Source of the DNA: a virus
Lineage: Duplodnaviria; Caudoviricetes
DNA length: 40,137 nt
Direction: 5' to 3' (one strand)
Virus record (IMG/VR): IMGVR_UViG_3300043580_000071
Location: 1-40,137 of that record
Shown: one piece after another, positions 25,863 through 34,066 of the stretch
How the letters are laid out: each line of letters opens with the position of its first letter
Numbering within the stretch: position 1 is the stretch's first letter
The notes under the pieces: model-generated
Told to the model about the DNA's origin: nothing
The model's database searches: none
The model's input: only the letters and a program-made list of their open reading frames with translations
Position numbers and translations under genes: made by a program

Positions 25863-28049
25863 ATGTGGAGCGGCGAAACCAACATCCGGGGCCCGCAGGG
25901 CGTCAAGGGCGACCAAGGCGATCAGGGCCCGAAGGGTGACACTGGTCCGCAGGGCATCCAAGGCGAGACGGGTGCCGACAGCACCGTGCCGGGGCCCAAG
26001 GGCGACCAAGGCGACACAGGCCCTCAAGGTATCCAAGGCCCTCAGGGCATCCAAGGCGCGCAGGGCGAGCCCGGAGCCCCGGGTGCGCCCGGCAGCGGCG
26101 CGGGCGATGTGCTGGGGCCCGCAGGGGCAACCAACGACGACATCGCGCTGTTCAACGGTCCGACCGGAAAAGTCCTGAAAGACAGCGGCACGACGATAAC
26201 CACCCTGCGGACGGAAGTGCGGCCCATCACGGCGGGCGGCACCGGCGCGAACAACGCGCACGATGCGATGATCGCGCTGTCGGGCGAGATCGCCAATCAG
26301 GGTCCAGTGACCAACTTCGACACCTTTCCGTTCGTGGCGGGATCGTTCTTCTCCAATCCCGGAGCAACCGCTGCGCCGACCGGCGGGACGTTCATAGGTT
26401 TCTGCTACACCTACAGCACCTCGCCGGATTGGACCGTGTTGCATGCACGGGAGTTAGGCGCAGGTTCATTATATGTTCGTCAGAAGAACGGCGGCGTTTG
26501 GGGTGCGTGGGCCTTGCAACCCGGCAGCACCGCCGACCTCGATGCCGCCTACGTCAATGTGACGGGCGACAATATGTCGGGGCTGCTGACGCTTGACGGC
26601 TCTACTTACGCTCCCGCGCTGCCATCACTCAAGGTCTACAAGAACGGCGCAAACGCTCCCATGCAGAGCATCCTGCTCTCCGCCAACTACGTAGGCACAA
26701 ACGACATCAACGCCATCGACTGGGATGTCAACCACAGCGGCATCGTAACCTGCCGGATCGGGCAGCAGCTTGATGCGTCCAATAGACCGGACTTGGTGTT
26801 CTATACTTCAATTGCCTACAATACACCGGGTCGCGAGACGATGCGGTTATATGGGGCCGATGGGTCACTCGCGGTTGACGGCAACATCTTCCCCGGTTCG
26901 GCCACGGTCCCCGGTTTCTACCTTGGAGCCTACGACGCCACGCATCCGATCATCGCTTTCGAGGGTGGTCACTACTTCATGTACGACCAGACGGGGCACG
27001 CCCTCTCACTCTCGATGGGGTCCAACTACTACGTATGGGGCGAGACCAACGCACATATAGGCGTGCCCACCGCCTCTTCCTCTCCCACCACGGGCGCGCT
27101 GACGGTCGCGGGCGGGGTGGGAATTGGCGGCGCTATCAACGCTGGCGGCAACGTAAGTGCGGGAAATGCGCCTGCTTGGGCTTCTTCCGCTTGGCCGTTT
27201 TCAGTCAAGTTAGCCGCTGACACGGTTCTCGGATTAAGTAACAGCGTTGCGGGTGCTGCCAACCTGAGCGTAATAAACGCCGTAGGGTCTAGCTACCAGA
27301 CACTCAACCTGCCAAGCACTATCGCCTCCACCTCTCCCACCACGGGCGCGCTGACGGTCGCGGGCGGAGTGGGGATTAGCGGGGCGGTATTTGCAAGCTC
27401 GTTTGTGTCCACTGTTGTCTCCGCACCACTTACCGGCACCTACTACTTCGGCAATGGTACCGCCAAGTATCTGACCTATGACGGCGTAAACTTTAACTTT
27501 TTCGGTGGACCTCTCAACGTAGCGCCCGCCGCGCAGCCGACAAGCTCTGGCGGTGCTGCCTTCAGGATCGGGTTTACTGGCGGCGGAACGCAGTACGGCA
27601 TGACGCTGCGACCGCAGATTGACGGCACTCCGAACCTGCTGTTCGTCAATTCAAGTGACGTCGCTGTCGGTCAAATCTCCACGACCGCGAGCGCAACCAG
27701 CTACGTCACCACGTCCAGCCGCGAGTTGAAGGAAGACCTCAAGAGCTTCGATGCGGGCAACATCGTGGACAACACCAACGTCTATGACTTCGCGTGGAAG
27801 TCTACCGGCGAGCGGGCCTATGGCGTGGTCGCGCAGGAGGCCAACGAGGTCTACCCGACCGCCGTGGTCAACAGCAAGATAAAGAAAACGATCACGGCGG
27901 AAGGCAAGGCTGATGAGGAAGTTGTCGAGGACTTCTGGGGCGTGGACTACAGCAAGTACGTTCCGGTGCTGTTGCAGGAACTGAAAGCCCTACGCGAGCG
28001 CGTGCGTGATCTGGAGGGCAAGGTAGGCGTCGGAGCGCAGCCCGCATGA
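25863..28049 (+). CDS. Tail fibre 2: collagen-like N-terminus, S74-type chaperone C-terminus
   Basis: Long GXY run; PITAGGTGA; SPTTGALTVAGGVGI twice; TTSSRELKE..GVVAQE..VDYSKYVPVL. Confidence 0.88.
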   Translation: MWSGETNIRGPQGVKGDQGDQGPKGDTGPQGIQGETGADSTVPGPKGDQGDTGPQGIQGPQGIQGAQGEPGAPGAPGSGAGDVLGPAGATNDDIALFNGPTGKVLKDSGTTITTLRTEVRPITAGGTGANNAHDAMIALSGEIANQGPVTNFDTFPFVAGSFFSNPGATAAPTGGTFIGFCYTYSTSPDWTVLHARELGAGSLYVRQKNGGVWGAWALQPGSTADLDAAYVNVTGDNMSGLLTLDGSTYAPALPSLKVYKNGANAPMQSILLSANYVGTNDINAIDWDVNHSGIVTCRIGQQLDASNRPDLVFYTSIAYNTPGRETMRLYGADGSLAVDGNIFPGSATVPGFYLGAYDATHPIIAFEGGHYFMYDQTGHALSLSMGSNYYVWGETNAHIGVPTASSSPTTGALTVAGGVGIGGAINAGGNVSAGNAPAWASSAWPFSVKLAADTVLGLSNSVAGAANLSVINAVGSSYQTLNLPSTIASTSPTTGALTVAGGVGISGAVFASSFVSTVVSAPLTGTYYFGNGTAKYLTYDGVNFNFFGGPLNVAPAAQPTSSGGAAFRIGFTGGGTQYGMTLRPQIDGTPNLLFVNSSDVAVGQISTTASATSYVTTSSRELKEDLKSFDAGNIVDNTNVYDFAWKSTGERAYGVVAQEANEVYPTAVVNSKIKKTITAEGKADEEVVEDFWGVDYSKYVPVLLQELKALRERVRDLEGKVGVGAQPA
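27079..27367. repeat. Identical 37-bp direct repeat inside tail fibre 2
   Basis: CCTCTCCCACCACGGGCGCGCTGACGGTCGCGGGCGG at 27079-27115 and 27331-27367. Confidence 0.9.
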
Positions 28050-28258
28050 TTATGCTGGTGATGATCGTGCTGCATTCGGGGTCTGGCATTGCGCTGGACC
28101 TGAACCCGCAGACCATCACCAATTTGCGCAACCCGGACCCGAGCATTGGGGCCTTTAGCCCCAACGTGAAATGTCAGGTCAATATGCTCGACGGCAAGTA
28201 TGTCACGGTGCAGGAGACGTGCGCGGAAGTACGCAGGCTGATGGAGACAACAAAATAG
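28046..28258 (+). CDS. FlbD/SwrD-like small protein
   Basis: LDLNPQTITNL...VNMLDGKYVTVQETCAEV resembles the FlbD-family pattern LN..I..I...G....V.E...EV. Confidence 0.55.
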   Translation: MIMLVMIVLHSGSGIALDLNPQTITNLRNPDPSIGAFSPNVKCQVNMLDGKYVTVQETCAEVRRLMETTK

Positions 28259-28268
28259 GAGACGTCCG

Positions 28269-28445
28269 ATGGGTGCAGGCATATGGTTCTGGCTGATCTA
28301 CGTCATCACGCTGATTTTCGGTGTCTGGGGCATGAACCCGTGGCGACCCTCCGGGGCCCCGTGGGCCCCGTTCGGGAGCTGGTTCATCCTGTTTATCCTG
28401 ATAGGCCTTCTGGGCCTTCACACGTTCGGCTCGCCGGTTCGCTGA
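28269..28445 (+). CDS. Small two-TM membrane protein (possible holin)
   Basis: Own translation: MGAGIWFWLIYVITLIFGVWG...WFILFILIGLLGLHTFGSPVR; AGGAG RBS; below ORF-track cutoff. Confidence 0.7.
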   Translation: MGAGIWFWLIYVITLIFGVWGMNPWRPSGAPWAPFGSWFILFILIGLLGLHTFGSPVR

Positions 28446-28531
28446 TGTACGTCATGCAGTGGTGGGCGGTGCTGATCGCGGTTATAGTGGGCGTCCTCGC
28501 CGCGCTCGTCGCGCAAATGGTATGGGGGTGA
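28445..28531 (+). CDS. Very small single-TM peptide
   Basis: TGATG coupling; MYVMQWWAVLIAVIVGVLAALVAQMVWG. Confidence 0.5.
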   Translation: MYVMQWWAVLIAVIVGVLAALVAQMVWG

Positions 28532-28534
28532 AGC

Positions 28535-28711
28535 ATGTGGAAAGCCCTGATTATCGTGCTGCCGCTGGGCGGCTGCCTCACCACCGACGACATGGCGATC
28601 CTCGACCGCTACCCCTCGCGCAGCGAGATCGCCGCACGCGACGCCGAGATGGCCTGCAAGGCGCAGGCGCGAACGATGGTGCAGATTTCGCGCTGCGAAG
28701 TAAGGAGATAG
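28535..28711 (+). CDS. Small lipoprotein
   Basis: Own translation: MWKALIIVLPLGGC (lipobox) LTTDDM...ACKAQARTMVQISRCEVRR. Confidence 0.65.
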   Translation: MWKALIIVLPLGGCLTTDDMAILDRYPSRSEIAARDAEMACKAQARTMVQISRCEVRR

Positions 28712-28715
28712 TTTC

Positions 28716-29807
28716 ATGGACCTCGCCAGCGGCTACTCCGACAGCTTCAACTACGGCAACGGCTACACGCCGCTGGCCAACAACGCCATCAACAACAACA
28801 ACGCGGCGTACAACGCCAATCAGGCCTACGCCAGCGGCGTCGGGTCCTATAATCCCTTCACCCAGAGCGGCGGCTTCGGGGCCCAGACCGACTACTATTC
28901 GGGCCTCGGCGCGGCCTACGGGCGAGCGACCGGCGGCTTCAATGGCGGCGGCGGTAGTCCCTACAGTGGCGGCGGCATCGGCAGCGACGCGGCCCGGGTG
29001 CCGGGCATGGACTACTTCTACCAAGAAATGGAAAACCTAGGCCGTGGCGGCATCGGCAGCGACGCGGGCCAGAGCCCCGGCCAGTACCAGAACCCGGCGG
29101 TGGACTGGTCGAGATACATGACGCAGACGGTGGCCCCGCAGACCGGGGGCATCTCGAACCAGCAGCAAAACCCGTGGGGCACCTCGGCGGGCTACGACTA
29201 CAACGAGCCGCAGACCTACGCGCCGAACCAGAGCGGCTGGGGCTCGACCCCGGCCAATCCCAGCATGGACAAGCTGCTGGGCTACACCCCGAACACGCCC
29301 TATTCCGGCGGCGGCATCGGCAGCGATGCGGCCCGGGCCCCGGGCATGGATTATTTCTACCACGAACAGGCCCAGAACGCGCAGCGGGACCAGCTCGCCA
29401 ACGCGATGGCCAGCTTCAACGACCGCTTCGGCAACCTGCCCGGCCAGCCCTACGGCCAAGGCTATTTCGACAACACTTTCGGTAGCGTGGCAAACACGGG
29501 CGGCACCAGCTTCGCGCCCTACAAGGGTAATACCTCCTACATGCCAGACCCGATGCAAGGTCAGCAACCAGTGCAGGGCGGCGGCGGCTTCGGGGCCTCA
29601 GGCTTCGGGCCCTATGGCGGCTCAAGCTACACGGGTCAGCCGGGATACGGTCTCGGGATCGGGCAGATCGGGCCCTCGGGTTCCAGTGTTTACGGCGGCG
29701 ATCCGGCTTGGACCGGCGACCAGAACACAGGCGGCACGTCCTACGGCTACGGCGGCATGACCGGCGGTCCAGCCCGCCCGCTTGAGCCTTGGCTGAACGC
29801 AAGCTAA
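28716..29807 (+). CDS. Gly/Tyr/Asn/Gln/Ser-rich low-complexity protein
   Basis: AAGGAG RBS; genome-typical codon usage; duplicated PYSGGGIGSDAARxPGMDYFY. Confidence 0.8.
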   Translation: MDLASGYSDSFNYGNGYTPLANNAINNNNAAYNANQAYASGVGSYNPFTQSGGFGAQTDYYSGLGAAYGRATGGFNGGGGSPYSGGGIGSDAARVPGMDYFYQEMENLGRGGIGSDAGQSPGQYQNPAVDWSRYMTQTVAPQTGGISNQQQNPWGTSAGYDYNEPQTYAPNQSGWGSTPANPSMDKLLGYTPNTPYSGGGIGSDAARAPGMDYFYHEQAQNAQRDQLANAMASFNDRFGNLPGQPYGQGYFDNTFGSVANTGGTSFAPYKGNTSYMPDPMQGQQPVQGGGGFGASGFGPYGGSSYTGQPGYGLGIGQIGPSGSSVYGGDPAWTGDQNTGGTSYGYGGMTGGPARPLEPWLNAS

Positions 29808-29819
29808 CGGAGAACCGAC

Positions 29820-30776
29820 ATGGCTAACGACGGCAACAACGACTATTCGGAAGAAATCCGCAGGCGCGATCAGCTTGCCGCCGGGGGCCAGCCCGACAGC
29901 GCGGCCCTCGACGCCCAGCTCATGGCGATGATGCAGGGACAGGGCGGCGGTGGCGGGCCCCCGTCTCAAGGCGGTGGAGGGCCCGACTACCGGGCTATGT
30001 TCGCGCAGCAGATCGCCCAGCAGCAGATGGCGCAGCAGGCGCAGGCGGAACAGGCGAAGCAGTTCATGCCGCAACAGGCGCAACAGCCGATGCCGCAGGC
30101 GGGCGGCGGAGGTGGCGGAGGTGGCGGAGGTGGCGGCGGCGGTGGCTGGGGCGGCGGTTACGACCCCTCGTATTTCCAGCACGAGGTGGCGACCAACCCG
30201 CTGATGAATATACAGCGCACGCCGACAGGGTTTAACTACTACGGCAGCGGTCCCGGCGGCGAAGCCGTCGGCTACGGCTTCGGTCCCGGTGGCAGTGTCA
30301 GCCAGACTTCGGGCCCCAGCCAAGGCAACCCCAACGTCGGCAGCCCCAATGTCGGCAACCCCAATGTCGGCAACCCCAACGGCGTCTTTGGCGACCCCGC
30401 GAACATCTCTTCGCAGCAAGGCGTGGAAGCCGCCATTGCGATGAACCAAGCCATGAGCAACCTCGGCGTCAACGCGCCGGGGTTCTTCGGGGTGCAGGCT
30501 CCGAACGTGCAGAACAACTTCAACCCGACCGTGAACGACCCCTACGGGATCACCAACCCGATGAACATGGAAAACCCGTTCGACGGCTACATGAACTCTA
30601 TGAACGCCATGAACGCGATGGGCTACGACAACAGCGGGAATGGTCTGGGAGGAAGTGTCGGCGGCCTCGGGGGCCTCGGCGGCGGCAGCATGGGCGGCGG
30701 CTACGGCTTCGGCATCGGCCCCGGCCCCGGCGGCGAAAACAGTGTTGGACCCGACGGCGGAGCCAGTCCATACTAG
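29820..30776 (+). CDS. Gly/Gln/Asn/Met-rich low-complexity protein
   Basis: GGAG RBS; poly-Gly, Q-rich helix, PNVG repeats; ends just before the terminator. Confidence 0.8.
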   Translation: MANDGNNDYSEEIRRRDQLAAGGQPDSAALDAQLMAMMQGQGGGGGPPSQGGGGPDYRAMFAQQIAQQQMAQQAQAEQAKQFMPQQAQQPMPQAGGGGGGGGGGGGGGGWGGGYDPSYFQHEVATNPLMNIQRTPTGFNYYGSGPGGEAVGYGFGPGGSVSQTSGPSQGNPNVGSPNVGNPNVGNPNGVFGDPANISSQQGVEAAIAMNQAMSNLGVNAPGFFGVQAPNVQNNFNPTVNDPYGITNPMNMENPFDGYMNSMNAMNAMGYDNSGNGLGGSVGGLGGLGGGSMGGGYGFGIGPGPGGENSVGPDGGASPY

Positions 30777-30800
30777 GTCCCGGGTAAATGGGTTAAACTG

Positions 30801-30835
30801 AAAAAGCCCCGCCATTTCTGGCGGGGCTCTTTTTT
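30801..30835. terminator. Bidirectional intrinsic terminator between convergent operons
   Basis: AAAAA-GCCCCGCCA-TTTC-TGGCGGGGC-TCTTTTTT. Confidence 0.9.
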
Positions 30836-30844
30836 GGCTGATCG

Positions 30845-31195
30845 CTATTCGGCGGCTTCCTCTACCGCCTTGAATGCGGCGGGGGCCTTCACCGGCAGTG
30901 TCAGTGGGGCGAGCCCCGTGAAGCATGCGGCGAACGCCAGATAGTTCATACCGTCAACATAGTGATCCAGCTTTCCCGGCGAAGCCTTCGACCGCAGCAG
31001 CTTGATGCTGGTCATGATGAGCGCGATGTCGCGCGCCGTGATCTCCTTGCCCAGCACCAGCGTCGCAATCGCGGCGGCTTCGCGGAAGTGCTGGTCGAGG
31101 GTGTCGGTGTTGTACTCGAGCCCCCGCGCGTTGATGAGTTCGAACGCATGGGTGAGCAGGTCGCCCGGACCGGGCCTCTCGTTGATCGCGGCCAT
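30845..31195 (-). CDS. DUF6378-like phage protein
   Basis: AFELINARGLEY....F..AA...ITARDIAL.M..IKLLR....DHYVDGMNYLA. Confidence 0.75.
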   Translation of the reverse strand: MAAINERPGPGDLLTHAFELINARGLEYNTDTLDQHFREAAAIATLVLGKEITARDIALIMTSIKLLRSKASPGKLDHYVDGMNYLAFAACFTGLAPLTLPVKAPAAFKAVEEAAE

Positions 31196-31734
31196 CAGAA
31201 GATATCCTCTTTCTCTTTGACTTCGCCGTCATCGAAGGCGGAGGAGGGAGAAGGACGTCCGTCGAGGCGCTGCCGCCCTTCGGACTGGATGATCTGGAGA
31301 TGGTTCAGGCCAAAGGAGACGCCCTTGCGGCCCGTATGCGTCCAAGCAAACGGCACCACATTGGCGCGCACAAGCTGGCCGCTCCAGACTTCGTCGGGCA
31401 CCAGAATGTCCTGCCGGTTGGTATCGACCACGCCGGGCTTGTTTTTGGACCACGGTGAAATGTAGGTGTGCCCGGCATGGTAGCCGTCGTAGCTCTTCTC
31501 GCCTGCGTCGCGGAACGGCATGTTGACGCCCTTGAGCGCGACGTTATCGCCCCACTCTTTACGCGCAGCCGCTATGCAGGCGTCCTGAAGGGCCTTGTAG
31601 GCGGGGGACTTCTGCTGCGACGGATCGAAGATCAGCGAGCAGGAGTAAACCGAGGTGCCGCCTTCGGCGCGGGGCCGGGGGGAGAAAATGTTAGCGAAGC
31701 TAAGGGTCGCATAGGGGGTATTGATGGCAGACAT
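31195..31734 (-). CDS. ssDNA-binding protein (DUF2815 / gp2.5-like)
   Basis: TLSFANIFSP, PFRDAG, KPGVVD, WSG..VRA, GVSFGLNHLQ, acidic C-terminal tail ending in Phe. Confidence 0.88.
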   Translation of the reverse strand: MSAINTPYATLSFANIFSPRPRAEGGTSVYSCSLIFDPSQQKSPAYKALQDACIAAARKEWGDNVALKGVNMPFRDAGEKSYDGYHAGHTYISPWSKNKPGVVDTNRQDILVPDEVWSGQLVRANVVPFAWTHTGRKGVSFGLNHLQIIQSEGRQRLDGRPSPSSAFDDGEVKEKEDIF

Positions 31735-31794
31735 AATTTCAACTCCCAATCTAGTAACTGGTTGACATCGTTCGTCTATCTGGACGACAGGGGT

Positions 31795-31824
31795 ACTTTA
31801 CGCAGAAATCAACTCCCCTGTCAA
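31795..31824 (-). promoter_or_regulatory. Putative sigma70-type promoter for SSB gene
   Basis: - strand TTGACA-18 nt-TAAAGT upstream of the SSB RBS. Confidence 0.45.
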
Positions 31825-32103
31825 GAGCTGATTTTGCTGAAATTGCCAGCGGGGTATCCGGTACATATGCAAGCCGTTACCGTTGGGGATGCGCCGCCGC
31901 TCGACGATGTAGCCGCCGAATTTCTTTTTGCGGAGATCGCGCAGCCGTGCCGAGACGGAAGCCTCCGGGGCCCCCACCGCGAGGGAAAGCCGATGCAGCG
32001 TCCACCATTGTCCGTCGGACGTTTCGGCACGCACGGCGGCGAGTTGCCGACGAAGCCGGTCGCCGTCTAGTTTCTCGTCAAACGTATTACCTCCGAAGGT
32101 CAT
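31798..32103 (-). CDS. Winged-HTH DNA-binding protein
   Basis: DGQWWTLHRLS..VGAPEASVSARLRDLRK..FGGY.VERR. Confidence 0.75.
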   Translation of the reverse strand: MTFGGNTFDEKLDGDRLRRQLAAVRAETSDGQWWTLHRLSLAVGAPEASVSARLRDLRKKKFGGYIVERRRIPNGNGLHMYRIPRWQFQQNQLLTGELISA

Positions 32104-32849
32104 GGGAAAAGTCCTCCATCATCGAAAGCCGCTGCGGCATGGCCCTGATGCTTGTTGTTGAAGGCCGTGCACTCGGTCTTGCGGACGCACCAGCGGCAAT
32201 GCACGCCCGCGTTCTCTGTGGTGTCGCCTGCCTTGATGCGCTGGACGGCGGGTACGACTGTTTGAGCCCGCCACGACTTCAACCCGCGCAGCGTCGTGAC
32301 GTGCGAGCGCAGCGGCGTGCCCCCAGCGCGGGGCTGGCAGATGGTCAGGGTGACGCTGGTAGACGGGGCCTTTGCATCGACGTGATCCGCCAGCGCCAGC
32401 GCGTACAGTTTCAGTTGCGGCGTGTCAGGCTCGACGGCAACCCCCTTGCCGAATTTGAGATCGACGACGTGAAGCTCCCAGTGTTCGGTCTGGACGCCGC
32501 AGTCGAGGGTGCCCCAGACCATGTTGAAGGTCTGCGGGACGACGAGGCGTTTTTCGAGAAAGACCCGGGCCCCCGGTACCGCCATAAGGCTCTGGACGTG
32601 GGTCACGTAGGGATTGAGGGCCCGGCACATGCCGGGGCTCACGACGTACTCGTCGCCCTCGACGGTGACTTTGTCGGGCAGGAAGATATCTCCCTTCAGG
32701 GTCATCTCGGCAACCTGATGCGCCGCCGTGCCTTCTTTGGCGTATTTCGACGAAGGGCGGACCATGTCCTTCGTCATGGTGACGCTGGCGGGGCACGCCA
32801 GCCACATCGCGGCGGAAGACGGCGAACACGCAGCATGCTGCCCCATCAA
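32100..32849 (-). CDS. DUF2800 / Cas4-like PD-(D/E)XK exonuclease
   Basis: HA..SPSS...WLACP, EGTAAH, WGTLD, VDLKFG, QLKLYA, CRWC...C. Confidence 0.88.
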   Translation of the reverse strand: MMGQHAACSPSSAAMWLACPASVTMTKDMVRPSSKYAKEGTAAHQVAEMTLKGDIFLPDKVTVEGDEYVVSPGMCRALNPYVTHVQSLMAVPGARVFLEKRLVVPQTFNMVWGTLDCGVQTEHWELHVVDLKFGKGVAVEPDTPQLKLYALALADHVDAKAPSTSVTLTICQPRAGGTPLRSHVTTLRGLKSWRAQTVVPAVQRIKAGDTTENAGVHCRWCVRKTECTAFNNKHQGHAAAAFDDGGLFP

Positions 32850-32892
32850 AGCGCCCCCAGTTTCTTAATAGCGCAAACGCGCCGTCGGGCGC

Positions 32893-33243
32893 TCACCGGC
32901 ACCTCCACGAACGCCCGCCGTTGGTTTCGACGCGGCGCTTGCCGTGGCGAGCGCAGATGTCGGCGACCGGCTTCATCTTCTCCAGTTGCGCTTCGGGCGT
33001 TGCCGCCACCGGCAGCGTCACCGTGACCCGCTCGGTCTTGACCGGGTTGGAGAAAGGCGTCTCGTTGGAGACATCGATCATGCGGTTGTTGCCGACCATC
33101 GAGTTGCCGTTGAGCTGGTAGGCCCGCTTGAGGGCCCAGATTTTATGCTCTTCGCTCGGGATCACCGGGAAGGCATAGGCGGTCTGGTCGTCCTCCGCGA
33201 AAGCGGGGGACGCCAGCAGGGCGAGGACTAGGAGGGCCCTCAC
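32893..33243 (-). CDS. Secreted protein with signal peptide
   Basis: MRALLVLALLASPAFA signal peptide; C-terminal DICARHGKRRVETNGGRSWRCR. Confidence 0.7.
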   Translation of the reverse strand: MRALLVLALLASPAFAEDDQTAYAFPVIPSEEHKIWALKRAYQLNGNSMVGNNRMIDVSNETPFSNPVKTERVTVTLPVAATPEAQLEKMKPVADICARHGKRRVETNGGRSWRCR

Positions 33244-33839
33244 GTCAAAGCCCCCTTCGCGATCGCTTCGCTGATCGGGACGAAGGCGTCCGGGGGAAGC
33301 TCCCGGAAGCTCTTCGCGCCGTTGCCAAAGCGGGAGAGCAATTCGAACACTTCCGCCTGATGCCCGTTCGCGTAGGCGTCTTGCAGGTCCGCGATGGTCT
33401 TCTGGCGGATTTTGACCATTTCGGCAGGGTCCACCGGTTCGGCGGCCTTCGCCTTCGCCGCCTTGGGCGCGGGTTTGTCCACAGGGGCCTCGGCAGGGGC
33501 CGCTGCGGCGGCGGCTTTCGCCGCTTTGTTGGCGTCCCGCTTGGCGCGCATCTTCGCCATGCGCTCTTTCATCTCGGCTTTTTCCGGGGAGATATCCACG
33601 GGTTTATCCACCGGCTTGTCCACCGGCTTGTCCACAGGCAGATCATCCTCAAGCTCGCCGAAGACGTCAGGGCCCGGGCCCTGCATCGAGGCCCCCGGGA
33701 TGTCCTTGAGTGCCGGACCGACGGATTTAAATTCGTCGATCTTCGTCGCTTGACGGCGCGACATGTTGGTGCTGGCGAGCAGGGCTTCCATCTGGGCGTA
33801 GATGTCGTGGATGCTTTCGCCTTCGAACGTGATCTTCAT
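33240..33839 (-). CDS. Hypothetical protein (Ala/Pro/Lys linker, conserved-type C-terminal helices)
   Basis: PVDK repeats; VFELLSRFGNGAKSFRELPPDAF, typical of genes preceding DUF2800 exonucleases. Confidence 0.75.
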   Translation of the reverse strand: MKITFEGESIHDIYAQMEALLASTNMSRRQATKIDEFKSVGPALKDIPGASMQGPGPDVFGELEDDLPVDKPVDKPVDKPVDISPEKAEMKERMAKMRAKRDANKAAKAAAAAAPAEAPVDKPAPKAAKAKAAEPVDPAEMVKIRQKTIADLQDAYANGHQAEVFELLSRFGNGAKSFRELPPDAFVPISEAIAKGALT

Positions 33840-34066
33840 TGCGTGTCTCCAATTATGGTTTCGGGGATTTTGGTGCGGGCGGCATTGACGACGTTCTTGG
33901 TCTTGACCGCCATGACGCCCATCGACGGGGAGAATATCGACTTGTACTCCAGCACGTTGCGCAGATCATGCGGGGGCTCGCGGTCGAACTGGACATAGTA
34001 GGAATGCTGCGGGTCGTTTGTCGTCACCTTGATGGTGAGCAGTTTGGGGTCTTTGGGTTCAGGCAC
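33836..34066 (-). CDS. Hypothetical protein
   Basis: GTG start with AGGAG RBS, overlapping the helicase stop. Confidence 0.6.
   Translation of the reverse strand: MPEPKDPKLLTIKVTTNDPQHSYYVQFDREPPHDLRNVLEYKSIFSPSMGVMAVKTKNVVNAARTKIPETIIGDTQ

Noticed and set aside
23989-28049. Diversity-generating retroelement as in BPP-1
   Set aside because: No reverse transcriptase. The repeats are coding in both copies and are either identical or differ without adenine specificity.
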